Shown here piece by piece: positions 9,684 to 32,200 of a stretch of 64,000 nt of DNA (its first letter is position 1; each line of letters opens with the position of its first letter). This stretch comes from Antedon mediterranea. Lineage: Eukaryota > Animalia > Echinodermata. Position numbers and translations under genes: made by a program. Where the stretch lies: positions 8,241,812 through 8,305,811 of the forward strand of contig NC_092675.1 of NCBI RefSeq assembly GCF_964355755.1. Direction: 5' to 3'. The notes beneath the pieces are model-generated. The model had not been told where the DNA came from. It made no database searches and saw only the letters and a list, made by a program, of their open reading frames with translations.

Positions 9684-12600
9684 GAGCCATTGTCTGTAAG
9701 AATCAAAGAAATATCAAAAAGAGTGGCAGACTCAAAAAAATGGATTTCTTTCAGATTTTGCACATGGCTATATATGTGTTGAGAGAAATCAAATATGAAG
9801 TATTTTTTATTTCACACGTATATTTCCATGGCAACGGCCAAATTTGTGTTTTTGACAAATGTTGTCCTTTTTTAAGGTTTTTAAAAATGGATATTGGTAC
9901 TACTTTGATGAACGATATTTTTGTGTTGTTCATTTAATTATAAAAAATAATTAGTGTATGCATAATAACAATGCATTGTGTACCTGTTTCAATTTTTTTT
10001 ATTTTTTTTTATTTCATACTTTGGGAGATACCATTTATTTAAAAAGGGGTGTTTTTCACTTTTTTTAAATTGTTCAATGCAACTAAACTTTACTTCACCA
10101 TAACACCCAAAGTGGTGTATTTTTTTAGCTGATTTATTACAAATAGGTAGTTCTAATGTTTAATAATTGATTTCTAAAATAAAATACTGGGATAAATTTA
10201 AAATCTACAAGCAGTGTTGCGAGAAACATAGGCATTTTTATAAAAAAAAAAACATGGTATATTAGTAAAAACATTTTATTTTCTTTGATTATTTGATTTG
10301 GTCAGAAAAATTCTTAATGTTTTATATAGTTCTAGTTGTGTTGTGAGAAAAAAATTAATTTTTAATTATAGATTCTGTAATTCCCAGTTTTAATGTCGTT
10401 TTATAGGTTATATCCTCTGGAAATTTGAATAAATTATAAGATCGTTGTGAATTTTAATCTTTGCAACAGATTACTCCTCTATAATTTTGAAGCTCCTCTT
10501 TCATTTGTTTGCTTCTTTTATTTGCTAACCTAAGCAGATCCAACATGCCCATCCACCACCACTTTCGACTACCACCCCTCCCCCCCCCCCCACCCACCCC
10601 GACTATAACCACAAAAAGATAAACTGCAACACTTTGGTCGATCATCCACTATAGAGTTTCAAATGCATGCATTCAAGCACCACCCACACTGCCGCTACTA
10701 TCGCCCCAATGAATAGACGGATTCAAACTCCTCTATCCCACCCCCTCCCTCTTTCTCCAAGCCCCCACCCACCCCAAGTTAAAAATTACAATGCAAAAGA
10801 TAGGACATAAAGTTAAGTTTTTAGACCCTCGCCTTCAACCCCCTAACTATTTAAAAGTCCTGGATCCACCACTTTCCCCTCCCCAAAATAGAACCAATCA
10901 AAAGTCAATGATATACTCAGGTATGTTAATGCTACATAACAAATATTGAAGCCCTGATTTGAAATTTCATTTCATTTAAGGTCAGCATGTAAAATATCAC
11001 ACTTTATTATTAAATATTGGTTTTAAATTCTATATTTTTTTTACTGTGATGGTTGGATTCAGTATTAATTATTAATCAATAATTATCTGATAATTATTTA
11101 ATTTCCCTTAGTTATGCATAGCAACAGTTACTATGGTAACTAAAAATGAGATATTCTTTAGATTTTGTATATTTATCTCATACAAATTTAAATTTGTAGA
11201 TTATTAGCAGGCATGCCTTATTTGCATTTTCAAATTACCGTTTCACAAGGTCATATTCGTAAGCACTTTCTTCTGTGATTATTTTTATTCATGAAAACCC
11301 CATATTTTATTTACAGCGACCACCTCCCTTGACGGACGCACTTTGAAAAGCCTGTTTGTTCTTCCTATCTAATTAGTGCATTTGGTGCTTACCGTAAGCA
11401 GCTGCGGGCACCTTTTTATACTAAAAATGAGATTTTTTGTAAGCGGCCAATCGAAAAATGTGGTACTTATTGCATGGACCTATGAATTAGAGGTGAATGT
11501 TTATTGTATTTCTTTATATATTAGCTTTATTTTGAAGAGGTTTTAAAAACATTACTGTGAAGAGATGAGAAAACTACACAGATTTTGACCGACCATTTTT
11601 CATATGATAAAAGTTTTTAAAATTTGTCTGAAAATGCTAAAAAATACTAAACCACCTGATTATAAATAATAATAGGCCTACAATTAGCTGGAAAAATGAG
11701 AGGCTCGTTTCGTTAAGAATAGCGTATATAGCCATAATAAGTGATTTTGGCCCTTTATCGGCAGAAGGGCCAAGAACCGCCCGTAAGCGGCCACTTTTCC
11801 AGGTCCCGAGGGTGGCCACTTACGGGAGGTTCAACTGTATTTAAAAAAACAATTATCCTTAATTACGCATAGAAACAGGTTCTAAGATAACATAAATAAT
11901 ACATTTTGACATAACTTGACCCAACAAATTACCCTTTCCCAAGGTCAGACATTTTCTGGGATTCAGTAGATAAGTAAATTTGGGAAAAGGTAGTAAAGCT
12001 ATGTGATCAATTGTTTGTAGTCATGAAACCCCATATTAAAAATATTGTACTTAGTTACGTATAGAAACAGTTGCTACAATACACTATAGGTAAAATGTTG
12101 ATGTCATTTGACCTCAATATGTAAATTTTTTTTTTTTCATGAAACTCCATATTTAATTTTTTTTTTAAATATCATTTGTTACGTAAACAGGTTTAAGATA
12201 ACACTAAAGGTCATTTTTTTTACCTTTATTCAGATTCGTCAAGACTTTCTTTCTGAGATTATTAGGATTCAGTATTTAAAGTAAATTTGGCAAAAAGTAG
12301 AAATGTAAAACTATGTAGAAAAAATGTTTTGTATTTATGAAAAACCCCTTATTTTTTTGAAATTTTCGCATAGAAACAGTTACTATGGTAAAATGTTGAC
12401 CTCAAAATGAATGAATTTACAAGGTCAAGTTTGTCATTAATGGAATGCAGTAGAAGTAAAATTGAGAAAAATTACAAATGCAATCAATTCTTTGTATTTA
12501 TAAAAACGCCATTTTTTACATTTTTTTTTAATTACTTTCCTTAGTTACACATAGAAATGGTTGCTAAGGTAACACTATAGGTAAAATATGAAAATTGTTG

Positions 12601-13574
12601 ATAATTGTTATGAACTAGTTGTAAATGTTGATCAAACATGAATAGTTGTAGTAAACTGGGGACCTGTCCTGTTTTGCATTCTGACCCCTTTTGACCTCAA
12701 ATGACCTATTTACAAGGTCAGATTTTTTGGGAGGTCTTTCTGTATCTCTTTACACAAAATAGATTTAAAAATTTATAAAAACCATTGACGAAATTATTTC
12801 CAAGTTTAACATTATTTTCCATCAACTAAATATTTCAATGCAAAATACTGTTTTTCTGGCAATTAATTGAAATAAACCTGGCAACACATTCTCCTATTTT
12901 ATCTAAACTATTCGTATGACTCTAGTAGCATTATGACAAGCCACAAATACATTTTATTATTGGATTAGCCATATTTAAATTGTGTTTCATGTGTTTTGTT
13001 TGTTGATATTTAGTTATATTTTTTGTATTTTTCGTATTTTCCTGGCATCACAAAACCTATGTACGAAATTTACCCCAGTGTTTTTTTCGTGATTATTGTT
13101 GACAAACCTATTGACTATCAAATTAAAAAACCTCATTGATTTAAAAACACCACTTTGGAAGTTATAGGTACGTTTATGAGGTATACTTTTATAAAAAAAA
13201 TATTTTTTAAAAACACCCCTTTTTAAAATAATGGTATCAACCAAACTCCATTTTGTAATTAATTTTTTTTTCTACATTAAATGGAACTCAATACATGTTG
13301 TTTACCATGCTATAAACAAAAACTGTATACTGTAAGTATTTTTGGTTAAAATAAGTATACAAGTTTGTACTTTTTCACTATAGAATTTCTGTGAAAAATG
13401 GCAAAAACATCACAATTTGGATAATTGACCGTTGTCATGGCAACGGAGGCTAAAAATTAAAATGAATGTTGTAGATATGCTTTTTATTGAAATGTCTATT
13501 CATGGTAAAAATTTGAGAGAAATCCATTTGTTTACATCTGCCACCAAATCTTTGATTTTTACAGACAATGGCTC
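9684..13574. mobile_element. 3.9-kb non-coding Kolobok-like TIR element inserted in the Mag LTR
   Basis: TIR gagccattgtctgtaa / ttacagacaatggctc, TTAA TSD (9680-9683, 13575-13578), GA...TC termini. It has degenerate subterminal inverted homology and internal repeats (gaaaccccatatt...ttagttacgcatagaaacag). Confidence 0.88.
11314..11837. mobile_element. Tc1/mariner/pogo-type MITE nested in the Kolobok-like element
   Basis: TA-flanked cag...ctg ends. The right end is ggtggccacttacgggaggttcaactg with repeated taagcggcca motifs; the left TIR is partly degraded. Confidence 0.55.
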
Positions 13575-13601
13575 TTAAATTGCTAATATGAATATATTAC
13601 A

Positions 13602-13711
13602 GTTACCAAGGTACAACATACCCTAAAACATGTAAGCCTGGACTTTTCTTCAATGGTGAAGTAACACCTGTAAGGTGTGACTATCCATCAAACGTACCTA
13701 GGTGTAATTAA
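13602..13711 (+). pseudogene. 3' half of a CBM14 (peritrophin-A) terminal exon, truncated by the Mag-like LTR
   Basis: Nearly identical to 25602-25705. It encodes YQGTTYPKTCKPGLFFNGEVTPVRCDYPSNVPRCN* and begins exactly at the LTR end. Confidence 0.85.
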
Positions 13712-13911
13712 TTGTCTCAAATATGTTTAAATTGCCAGTGGCATAGTCAATTTCAACAATGGATATTAAAATGTCCGATACTACGCTTTTAAGCTATTTA
13801 TACTAGATGATCCATATTTCATAATGATATATAGTTTATGTAATTATTAGCTGGATAGTTTTTCTGTGGCGAAAGCCCTAAAATAATAAAGAAGTATAGA
13901 TACATTAAGGT

Positions 13912-14277
13912 ATGTTGTATTGTAAATTAGTCGATCTATTAATACCTTAATGTTAGTTTGAATAATTTAAACTAAATTAATTTGTACAACCAAAGATTAA
14001 AACTTTTCGAAATAAAGAGATGTTTATAATAAGGTGTTGCTTCTTATAATGCTATTCTATGACTAACTGGAAACAACCATCACATTTTAAAATGTTGTAT
14101 TGTAAAATGTTCGATCTGTTAATACCTCAATGTATGTTAATTTGAATAATTTAAACTAAAATAATTTGTACAACCAAAGATTAAAACTTTTTGAAATAAA
14201 AAGATGTTGATAATAATAATGGTGTTGCTTCTTTATGTTTTTCTATGACTAACTGGAAACAGCCATTACATTTTAAA
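13912..14277. repeat. Tandem duplication of about 180 bp
   Basis: atgttgtattgtaaa...gtacaaccaaagattaaaactttt...gactaactggaaac occurs twice in tandem. Confidence 0.85.
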
Positions 14278-15352
14278 AAATTGTTAAATTTGCTATCGGA
14301 CGGTGAGACTACTATAACTACAGCCGACATATGGTTGGCCTATTGTTAAACTTTATAAATATATCAGTTTGGCATTTCAATTTAATGGGAATGGCAGTTT
14401 ATAACAATAATTTTCAGAGAATGTTTGGTGCAGCGAATTTTACATTTATTTTCGTGTTTTTATTTCGGTAATATCTACATTTGCATGCCATTGTTCATAA
14501 CATTTCTGTAGGCCTAGATCAATTATATCATACCTAAACAATATGTTAGTTCAATTGGTCCAATACATCCTGGTATAGAATTCTTCAGCCAAGTTTCAAA
14601 GTTTGAATATATAACATGTTACCTTATAACACACAAATTATGTTATGGTCATAATATAATCGCTTTCAATGTCTCGTATCAGTAAGATGGAGACAATTGT
14701 AGACCTACTGTACATATGAGCACTGTTACCGAATAGTATATCCACATATTTGTGGCGCTGAATATTTGTTCAGAACTTCACATACAATATCACCTATAAA
14801 ATATCACCTACTGTCTTGTACAATACCATAATTATTAATTAGGCCTACAGCTTACAACTGAATGCGTACTCTAATTGACAGTTACTAAAGTTGTCAAAAT
14901 ATCTATTCCATGTTTTGGTGCTTTTTACGCACCAATAATATACAAGTAATGAATGTGTATGAGTGTAATGGTAAAAATAATGGCATTTGGTGAATGATGA
15001 AAGGTTATATGGAGATAGATATTTAGATGTTAATAATAATAATGAATACCGTAGCTCACGTTATAGGTTATTGACATGATGCACATAAAGCGACTCCTTA
15101 TTGTGGAAACTTTTCAAAGAACCTAAAAAATATATTGATGATTATTTACATTTATTCAAATAAGTCTTTCGGTTTCATTGTTTGTGTTAAACTTATTGAA
15201 CCTTCCTCTACATTCAAAAGTGTATACTTGGTTCACGTAATACACAATTTAGCAAGTAGCATGCAAACATTTTGCTTACAGCTAGTCATCATAAAATACA
15301 TAAAATGTTTTGACTTCTCGAGAGCTTACCAAGGAAGTATATGAAAAACTGG

Positions 15353-15600
15353 TCATGTCAAGTAGTAGTACGGTAATATTATTTCGTAGTTAGATGACGC
15401 AATTGCCTTTTCTGCTAACATTTTGCATGTATGTACATGTTCGGTAGTGCTTCGTCCTCTGCGATACGCGGCCTGTGTTACAGGGACATGTTCATCTAAT
15501 CTGTCGTTTATCCTATTTAGTAAGCATATTGCTAGCATTTTCCTAAGAACCAACAGTAGGATGATGGGTCTTCGTTTGTTGTTATACCGAACTCTGTTTC
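15353..15600 (-). mobile_element. Non-LTR retrotransposon RT fragment
   Basis: RPIILLLVLRKMLA...QAAYRRGRSTTEH matches the N-terminal RT motifs of LINEs. Confidence 0.7.
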
Positions 15601-15685
15601 TACCACAAGTCTTTTATTTTCGTTAAGTTTTAGGTTTTTTACTGCTTGGTACATTCTTGTTGAGTCATTCTTGTTGAGTCATTGG

Positions 15686-15940
15686 CAATAGTACGATTTA
15701 AACTTGTAAAATTGCAATATCAATAGAGATTGCTCTATGGTATCCATTACGATAGTTGATTTACTTTAATTGTCTTTAAAATTTAATTTTAGTTTCTTGT
15801 TTGGTTATAAATATTATTTGTTTATAGTTCCTTGACTTAAAGAGACAGTGAACCTCTATAACTCACAATCTAAAAATCACAATAATCTAAATTAGCCTTT
15901 CGTCTGTCTAAAATGTATATAATATTAACATATATATTCC
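15686..15940 (+). repeat. Orphan paralogous copy of intron 1 of the CBM14 gene at 43883
   Basis: Aligns to 44083-44266 plus 44618-44690 (caatagt.cgatttaaacttgtaaaa...gacttaaagagacagtgaacctctataactcacaat...ctaaattagcctt), without the SINE. Confidence 0.8.
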
Positions 15941-16954
15941 TGTCTACCCAGGCAGCACTTGCCAGTTCTTATGCCATGACTTTATCCAAATTCCTTCACT
16001 TGCACCGATGAGCTAGTGTTGCCCGAAAGCTCTGCTAACTCTTCTGGCTGTTTACGCAACATATAAAAGACGTTTCAAATGTTTTTAAATACGAAAAGTA
16101 TTTTTTTATCGATGTTTTTTATTATGTTTTTAAGCAAAATTCTATCCAAAACCCGAATTTGTAATGTTAAATGTAATATTTATTGAAGTGCTTTGAATAC
16201 GTGAAATTTGGAGGTATGAAACTTTGTTAAGGAGTAGAACCAGCTTCCAGCATTAAATGTTAAAAATATGTTTATATTACTCAATAATTAATGATAATTA
16301 TTAATAAATTAATAGAAAACTAGAGAGGGCACTTTTCGATCAGAAAATGAATGTTTTTTTTATGTGCGTTATTATTCCGCTCGAGTTTATTCAATGTACT
16401 GTAATGTACACTGTTATACTATTCTATTGGGAAGTAGTTATTTTTGTGTGAATCTTCTTGGAGTTGTTTGAAAGCGTATCCACTTACTTCTTTTCTTCAG
16501 AAAACATCTAATTTAGGTCTTAAAGTGACCACTATACACCTCACACCACCAACTTCCAACACGGCATATTCTGCCCACACACACTTCATCTCTCCTGAAC
16601 TAACATAGTACAGTATAAGTCAAAGTAATTGTTTTAAATTTTAAACAACCTGCCTCAAAAAATATTATATAATAGTAACAATAACAGAAAGGTAGATAGG
16701 TATTGTAATAATTTTTAAGTTAAAAAATGTAAAAAAAACTGAATAAATGTTTATACATACATTATAAATGAAATAAAATAAGTACTATTTTAGTAATGCA
16801 TACACAAGTACTGTGCTACAGACAGTGTACCGTGTGTTAAAAGTACAGCATTTATAGCAGACAGCAACGTGTATAACTTGCTATAGTTTTACAGATAACA
16901 CCTAGGGACAGTAGCAGAATCTGGTGAAAGTTTCCAAACTTGCAAATAACTTTT

Positions 16955-17249
16955 CATTACTCTTCATTATATCTATGTATTGGTATGGAGATTTTTCCGT
17001 GATTTTATCGTAATCTTTTACCTGGAAACCAATTTTGTGCCCAGATTTATACCGTTCCCAAAAAACGTTAATTCTTACTATAATGTCTATTTTGTTGCCA
17101 CATATTGTTGTTGTAATCCCTACCTGGCATAATAAAACGCCATTCACTCTACTAAAAGACGAATGGTTATAAAAGGAGCCGTTACTCTAGTATCGTACAA
17201 ATTAATAAGTTTGATTCTCTTGATAAGTGACCTACAACTTACAAACAAG
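16955..17249 (+). promoter_or_regulatory. Putative promoter/5'UTR with TATA box (17168-17174) and TGATAAG (GATA) motif, duplicated at ~43410-43882
   Basis: Near-identical upstream block with ggttataaaagg about 80 bp before the ATG in both genes. Confidence 0.6.
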
Positions 17250-25720
<8,471 letters not shown>

Positions 25721-26048
25721 AATTCAATAATAGTATTCATTAAATATTTCAAATGGAGTAATACTACTATACCTACACTAATTCATTAAACGTAACTGTT
25801 CCAGTTTACATTATTGTTGGTAGTGATTTAGGTTTAATAATGATTTAAATAATTGCTCTTATTACTGTGGTTGTTAATACAGTATATTATATTCACAATA
25901 AATATCGAATAAAGTATGTTAACGTTTAAAGATGTATTGTATCCCCCTAAAAACGAATAATGTGTTTGTTTGAATATTTTAATGTCACATAATAGTTATT
26001 CATTCGCCTAGAAAATATTATTTACCTGAAAAATGTAATTTAAAGCAA

Positions 26049-26224
26049 AACAAGGCCAACAGCCATAAGTCGCGTGCTAAAATGCATAGTGATACCGGAC
26101 CGACAGACAGACCGACAGACCAACCGACCGACATAGTGAACTATAGAGTCGCGTCTGTCGGTCTGTCGGTCGGTCCGGTATCACTATGCGTTTTAGCACG
26201 CGACTTATGGCTGTTGGCCTTGTT
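26049..26224. repeat. Palindrome formed by two inverted HINE-like heads
   Basis: aacaaggccaacagccataagtcgcgtgctaaaatgcatagtgataccggaccgac... is mirrored by ...gtcggtccggtatcactatgcgttttagcacgcgacttatggctgttggccttgtt. Confidence 0.85.
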
Positions 26225-29200
26225 ATCTATGGACGTGATTTACTTTATCAAACCAAAATGACCTATATTATTCAGTGTTAATATATGTTTTGGTATCGGA
26301 AAATTTCATAGTTTACATGCATTAAATACACTCATTTTGATAGCTCAATATCTATATATAAATTATGGTTCATTCTGACATAGGCGAGCCCAATGCAAAA
26401 ACTTCGGTACAAATCTCCGCCTTGGATCCTACCTGATCTATCTCAGATGTACCGCGAAACGTAGATTTGATAACCTTAGTTTTCACATTGTTCCATATTT
26501 CTATCTTAGGAAGATATTATAAAGTTTTTTAACAAAATTTATGATTTCAACAGTAGATTTTCAACTCAATTTCAATTCTTCGCGGGTCAAAGTAATTTCC
26601 GGGTTCACCTTGCAACAACCTGGTTTCAACTATTTTCTCTCTTTTATAAACAAGGGAGCAGTTAAAATAATAGATTTGACCCTAAAGGTAACTGGAAACA
26701 GGCACTTTCCATCAATCAATACAGTGTCCCTAGGGACTCCCTTTGGAAGAAGGAAGAAAAAAACCGATAGTAAGACTGGAGCTTAAGTTGCATAGCCATT
26801 TCAGTTTGTTTTTTTATTTTAGGAACGGACCGCGCGTGTGTGTAGGTACAATAGTTAAAAAATAAAAATTATACTGCAAATTAATAAAGATCAAATTAAA
26901 TATATGCCATAAGGAATCGGAATATATTATGGGAAATAGTATTATAAAATTACATAGGGAGATTTGATGATAAGACATTTTGTTTAAAATCGAGTGAAAT
27001 CCCGATAGCTGAGTTTCATTAAGTAAGCTGGCAGGAATAACTGTAGGCTATCTGTGTCCCGTTAGGACCGAGATGTCTGCCCATGTTGCAAGCCGTAATG
27101 TCTTCTTTCTTGGGCCCACTCTGTCACGGCAGTTTCAAAAGATGTTTAAATTAAATAATGTATTAATAATTATTAGGATGTGATTTATTTGAATAAACGC
27201 CTCTTCAATAAAACATCCATTTGAATAATAATCCCCCCCCCCCCCCCCACAACCCAACTATCTAATAAACGTCCATACACATTTATAATAACACAATTAT
27301 ACTATTTGTAGTAGAATTCATCGCACTGTTATCTACAATTTACCAAGCATTTGTTATTCTTTTTTACCACTTTTCATATCTATTACAGGATTTCATTTGA
27401 TTATAAATGTTACCATATTATTAAAACTAAAAAAATTAACATATATCCCTCGAATAAGCACCTCCCTCAAATGAACTCCGCCTCCCCAAAGGGCCCTACT
27501 AAACAATAAACACTATACTTTAAAATGTTGTTATCATCTAAAACACTGTGAAATAGTTTTACGAATGTCAAGCATTTTCAATAATGGTAACCGACAGAAA
27601 ACGTACAAGGAGAACATTTTTATCATTCCTTGAACCATCGTCTACACTTCTTAGAGGGGGAGCGAGCGAAGCGAGCTCACCCTCTAGTTTTAACAAATTT
27701 AAAGGCATTGTTAACAGAAATGTAGAAATAGAAAAATATATTGCTTTTGAAAATGATAATCTGCATGCATATAATTTAAATGGAAAAACTTAGGAGTATA
27801 GTCTGCCATTTAACTACTCTTGATTTGTATAATTTGTTGCTTAATTTGTTTTTTGTTTCATGTTGAGAACCATTTGTTTTGTTGCCACAGCTGGTTGCGC
27901 TTTGTGTTTTTGAAAAATAATTTGAAAAAACTTAAGTTACTAGTCAATCAATAAAGATTGGTTTCCAATAAGACACAACACGAGGACAAGCTCAAAGTAA
28001 GTGAGGGATTATTTGAACTGTCGCTTTTCGTAATTGGTCAACTCATCCCTCGCGTACTTTCATTGCCTCGCTAGTGAGACCACGCTTCAATTCTGTGATA
28101 ATACCAATCTGTTTCATCTAATCTGTAATTAATAATATAGACCTAGCACAATTTGCTAATTATAAAAAAATAATGTAACTTACTGTAAGCCATACTTAGC
28201 GCATATGATCAATACTTTCTTTCCCTTTTCAGGGAATTTATTAGTTCAATGTATATTGGCCTTTGGCCCTAATACAAACAAATAATAAATAACTATAACT
28301 TAAGATAATGATTTCTTCTTTGAAAAGCAAAGTAGACGTATTTTCCTAAATTATAAGTAAAAGTTGGAAAGTAATAAACATAGCTTATTAATAGAAGGAA
28401 AAACACGAATAAATCTTGGAATAAAACTTTTTCTTAAATCGTTATAAAATGTGCATTGCAAAATAAAATGATATTCATCCTCAATAATGTTCTTTTTAAA
28501 TAATGTACACGTTCTCTTATACCTTTCTACACCCTCCCATCTGCCCTTTTCAATTTCTAGCTCTAATATCCCTAAACGTAACTTAGTTAATAATCTTCTT
28601 TGTTTAAAATTAATGATGTTGGTCAAGTGATAACTTAAACATATTTCTTTTTTATAAAGAGAAAAGAGCCTTAACCTTATTGTGTAATCTAAATTTTTGA
28701 ATTCATTTTTGTTTTTCAATATCACATAAGCGCAACTTAAATTCTCTAAAAAATAAACCTTTACTATTAACATATTGTTGTAACCATATATAACCAAAAC
28801 CAGTAGAAAAAAGTAAGTGTTTGACCTGTTGTGCCCAACAATTCTCATTACGGTTAACTTTTCTAAGTTGAAACTCATAACACTTAAAAATGAATCTGTC
28901 ATGATCTAAAGTAATAATATGTAACCAAAATCGTATAACTGTAACTAAACAATCCAAAGAAAGTGGTAATCTACCTAACTCAGAAGTAATAGTGGCATTT
29001 GGTGCATTTTTCCCAACTTTCAATAAATATCTACAAAATTTAGTATGTGTTTTTTCAATACTGTTTGTGCTATCTGACATTCCCCAGATTTCGCTTCCAT
29101 ACGTTAAAATAGGAAGTATTTTCACATCAAAAATATGGTTCCATGTATTAATTGGAAGAAAAGATAAGTTACGATAAATAAATGATTTTAAGCAGAATAA

Positions 29201-32200
29201 ACTTTGATTTGCTTTTTGTTGATTATGTTGCATTGAGTTGTTCCATGCACCATTTGAACAGAAAATAACACCAAGATAATTATACGAATTAACAATTTTT
29301 AATTGAATATTTTTATACTTCCATTTTTCAATGTTCCTTAAATTGCGGCCATTTTTAAAAACCATAATTTTGGATTTTGTAGTGTTTACAGTAAGTTTCC
29401 AAGTATCACAATAAAGTTCAAGTTTATTTATTAATTTTTGGAGACCTTTCACCGTATCACTAACAATTGCACTAAGTCATCTGCATTAAGAAGATGATTC
29501 ATATGACAATCTCCAATTTGAATTAAATCGTTTACCTGATTAAGTATACCACTCAAATCATTAATGTAAATATTAAAGAGTAAGGACGACAACGGAGAAC
29601 CTTGTTGTACTCCAATCGAACAATTAAAAGATGGACTAAGTTTGTTGCCAATTTTAACATGAGCAGATAAGTTTTGGTATAAGGAATTTATTATGTTTAA
29701 CATTCTGCCTGATACACCGATGTCTTTCAGCTTATGTAGTAAAAGTGTATGATTTATAGAGTCAAAGGCACGTTTAAGATCAACAATACAAACAAAAATC
29801 CTACCCCGCTTTTTATTTAAGTATTTAGAGATGACGGTATCTAAAATGAATATTATTATCTGTCGTTCTATATCCCTTACGAAAGCCTGCAGCTTGTTCC
29901 TCATGAATTAACTTTTGGCTATTTGTAAATTGTGTTAACCTAGAATTTAGAATATGTAAAAATATTTTTCCTATGATTGGAATTAAAGAAATACCTCTAT
30001 AATTTTTAGGTTTGTTTTTATCTCCATTTTTTAAAATTGGGACAATTAAGCTTGTTGCCCATTGTTTGGGAAATTGTGCAACTAAAAATATAGCGTTAAA
30101 AAGAATTTTTAAAATATAAAAAATAATGTTGGGGCGTTTAGCAAGAATTCAAATTCATTCCATCAATGCTGGGAGCTTTTCCACTATATTGAAAATTAAA
30201 TGCTCTATTTATTTCATCCAACGTTATGTCGTGGTTTAAATTATCATTGTCCTCATTCTGTTGGCATTCTGTGATTTTTGGCAACTCAACACTAACAATA
30301 GACTCATCGTTTTTAAATAGGTTCTAAATGAATATAACATTGATTAATAGAAAGTTCACAAGATAATTTCTGTTTTGTCTTCAACTTCATCCAAAACGTT
30401 TTGCTATCCTTTGTATTGAGTGCATCGATAATTTGTTTTTTGATGAAAGTTAATTTGTTGGCATGTTAATAGCGATTTATATTGTTTTTTTTCTGAATAT
30501 AATTATTTAAAAAAGGTTGAATGCGCATAATTCTAACGCCCGTATTCTTAAACCAGACTTTAGTCGTAGTTCGAGCTAAAACTAAAAAAATGACGTCATT
30601 TTAATTCATAAACCGAACTTCAACTAAATCACCGAGTAAATCAGGCCAACCTCGACTAAATCGAGACGGATTTTGATCGATTTTTTTAGTCCTGGAGGGG
30701 GCAGACTAAATGGTCGACTAAATGGTTTTTAAACGATGTTTATAAAAAACGTAACAGTCATTGAGTTGTTATATTGGCCAGATATTGAAGAATGAAATAT
30801 CTATATTTATATTAGCTTAATTAAATATACATTGGTATAAATTATAATAATGAAAATCATCTTTATTTACAACTGTATACAAATTACATTATTTTCTTCG
30901 CGCAAGTCCGACTTGAGCTACGTCACGCCATAGCGACAATGGGAGATGCGGCAATTCACCACGCGATGGAATGTTTAGGGGGCCTAGCGCTTTCTTGTCA
31001 CGCTATGAAGTGCGTGGTTCGTGGCGATCATAGTTTGTTGGGGGCCTAGAAAATATAAAAGTTACCGTACCGCCATGGTTCCTAAATATATTTTTAAGAT
31101 TTTATTTGTTGTTAATCAAATATACTTCACTGTTAAATTAATACTGATATTGTTCTATTAATTAACGATTAAAATTATTTTTCATGTATATAGTCCTGAT
31201 GCGTAAAAAGTGTTGTAAGAAATGGAAAGTGATATCAATGCGCAAAATTTCGTCTGCTCCTCAATACTCTCTTGTCATTGGCCAATGTATAGCCTTTGTT
31301 ACCCAGACGTGTGCAACTCGACTAAAAGCTTGACTTCATTAAGTCGACTTGCAAACTTCGACTACTAGTCCAAGAGCATTAGGGTTTGACCCGGAAATTT
31401 CTGGTAACAAGCTAATTTTTTCAGGAAAGGTCGAGAACTATGATTGGAACATCATACTAAAAGTCCCGAAAAATCCTCCTTGTGCTCTCCGAGAAATCCA
31501 AGATGGCGTCCAAAATGGCTGCCATTTTAAATTGATCCATAACTTTGTAACCGCTGGTCGTAGAGTATCGATTTTGGTGTCAAATAGTTCACAATATATA
31601 CATTCCTATTTGCTCTAACAGAAAATTTTGTCAAAAAATGGCCGCTACTACAGTTTCTGGCAGTTTGACCTTTGACCTGGTCTTATCATATCTCGGTAAT
31701 GGCTTGTCATAGAGAATTAAGATTAGGCCCAAATTGTTCAGACCATGCATATTTTTATTTGCTGTAATGAAATATTTTATCCCAAAATTACCGGAAGTGA
31801 GGTTATTGACCTCTTATTGACCTATTCATATCTCTTTACCGTATCTCAAGAAATATTTGTCGTAGAGCATTACTTTTGGTGTCAAATTGTTTGGAACATA
31901 TACATTTCTATTTAGTCTAATACAACAGTTTGCCCTAAAATACTCGGAAGTAAGTTAATTTATTGAAAACTTTAAAAATCAAAGAGCTACATAGGCAGAG
32001 GAAATGAATACTGTAGAAAAAATCTAAATTTTAACTCTGCCTTAAAACACGTTTTGGGCGTAGCACATTTTCTTGTATGAACTATACAAGAAAAAAACCA
32101 AAATAATCATTTATTTAACTTCGATAGAACAAAGAATATCATGGGACACGTATTGAAATTCTCATACTAGTTATGGTTGAAAAGTTATTGCTAGAAAATG

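Larger units (their letters stand above)
2470..13601 (-). mobile_element. Mag-like Ty3/Gypsy LTR element (5' part), fragmented by three later insertions
   Basis: 5' LTR is 13601-13575 plus 9683-9562 (TG...CA), followed by PBS tggcgacgag (9560-9551, complementary to the tRNA-Ser(GCU) 3' end). Gag reassembles from 9506-9343, 8726-8643 and 2915-2706: MSKFDISVEYFDP..WARWIDRF..KRALLL.HFIGPGNFNIFEMLPNKGTTY..SEFERSKFRKLQQ..RLREQADKCDF. A protease-like MLDTTSDV lies near 2480-2500. Confidence 0.8.

Noticed and set aside
10454-10645. Gly-rich 63-aa ORF, and the similar Pro-rich ORF at 22102-22299
   Set aside because: These are translations of poly-C/G tracts inside non-coding transposons.
15998-16036. 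Hammerhead-like string gca-ccgatga-gctagtgttgccc-gaaa-gc-tc-tgc
   Set aside because: The core has a U4>C change and stem II does not pair; at best a dead relic, with no PLE context seen.
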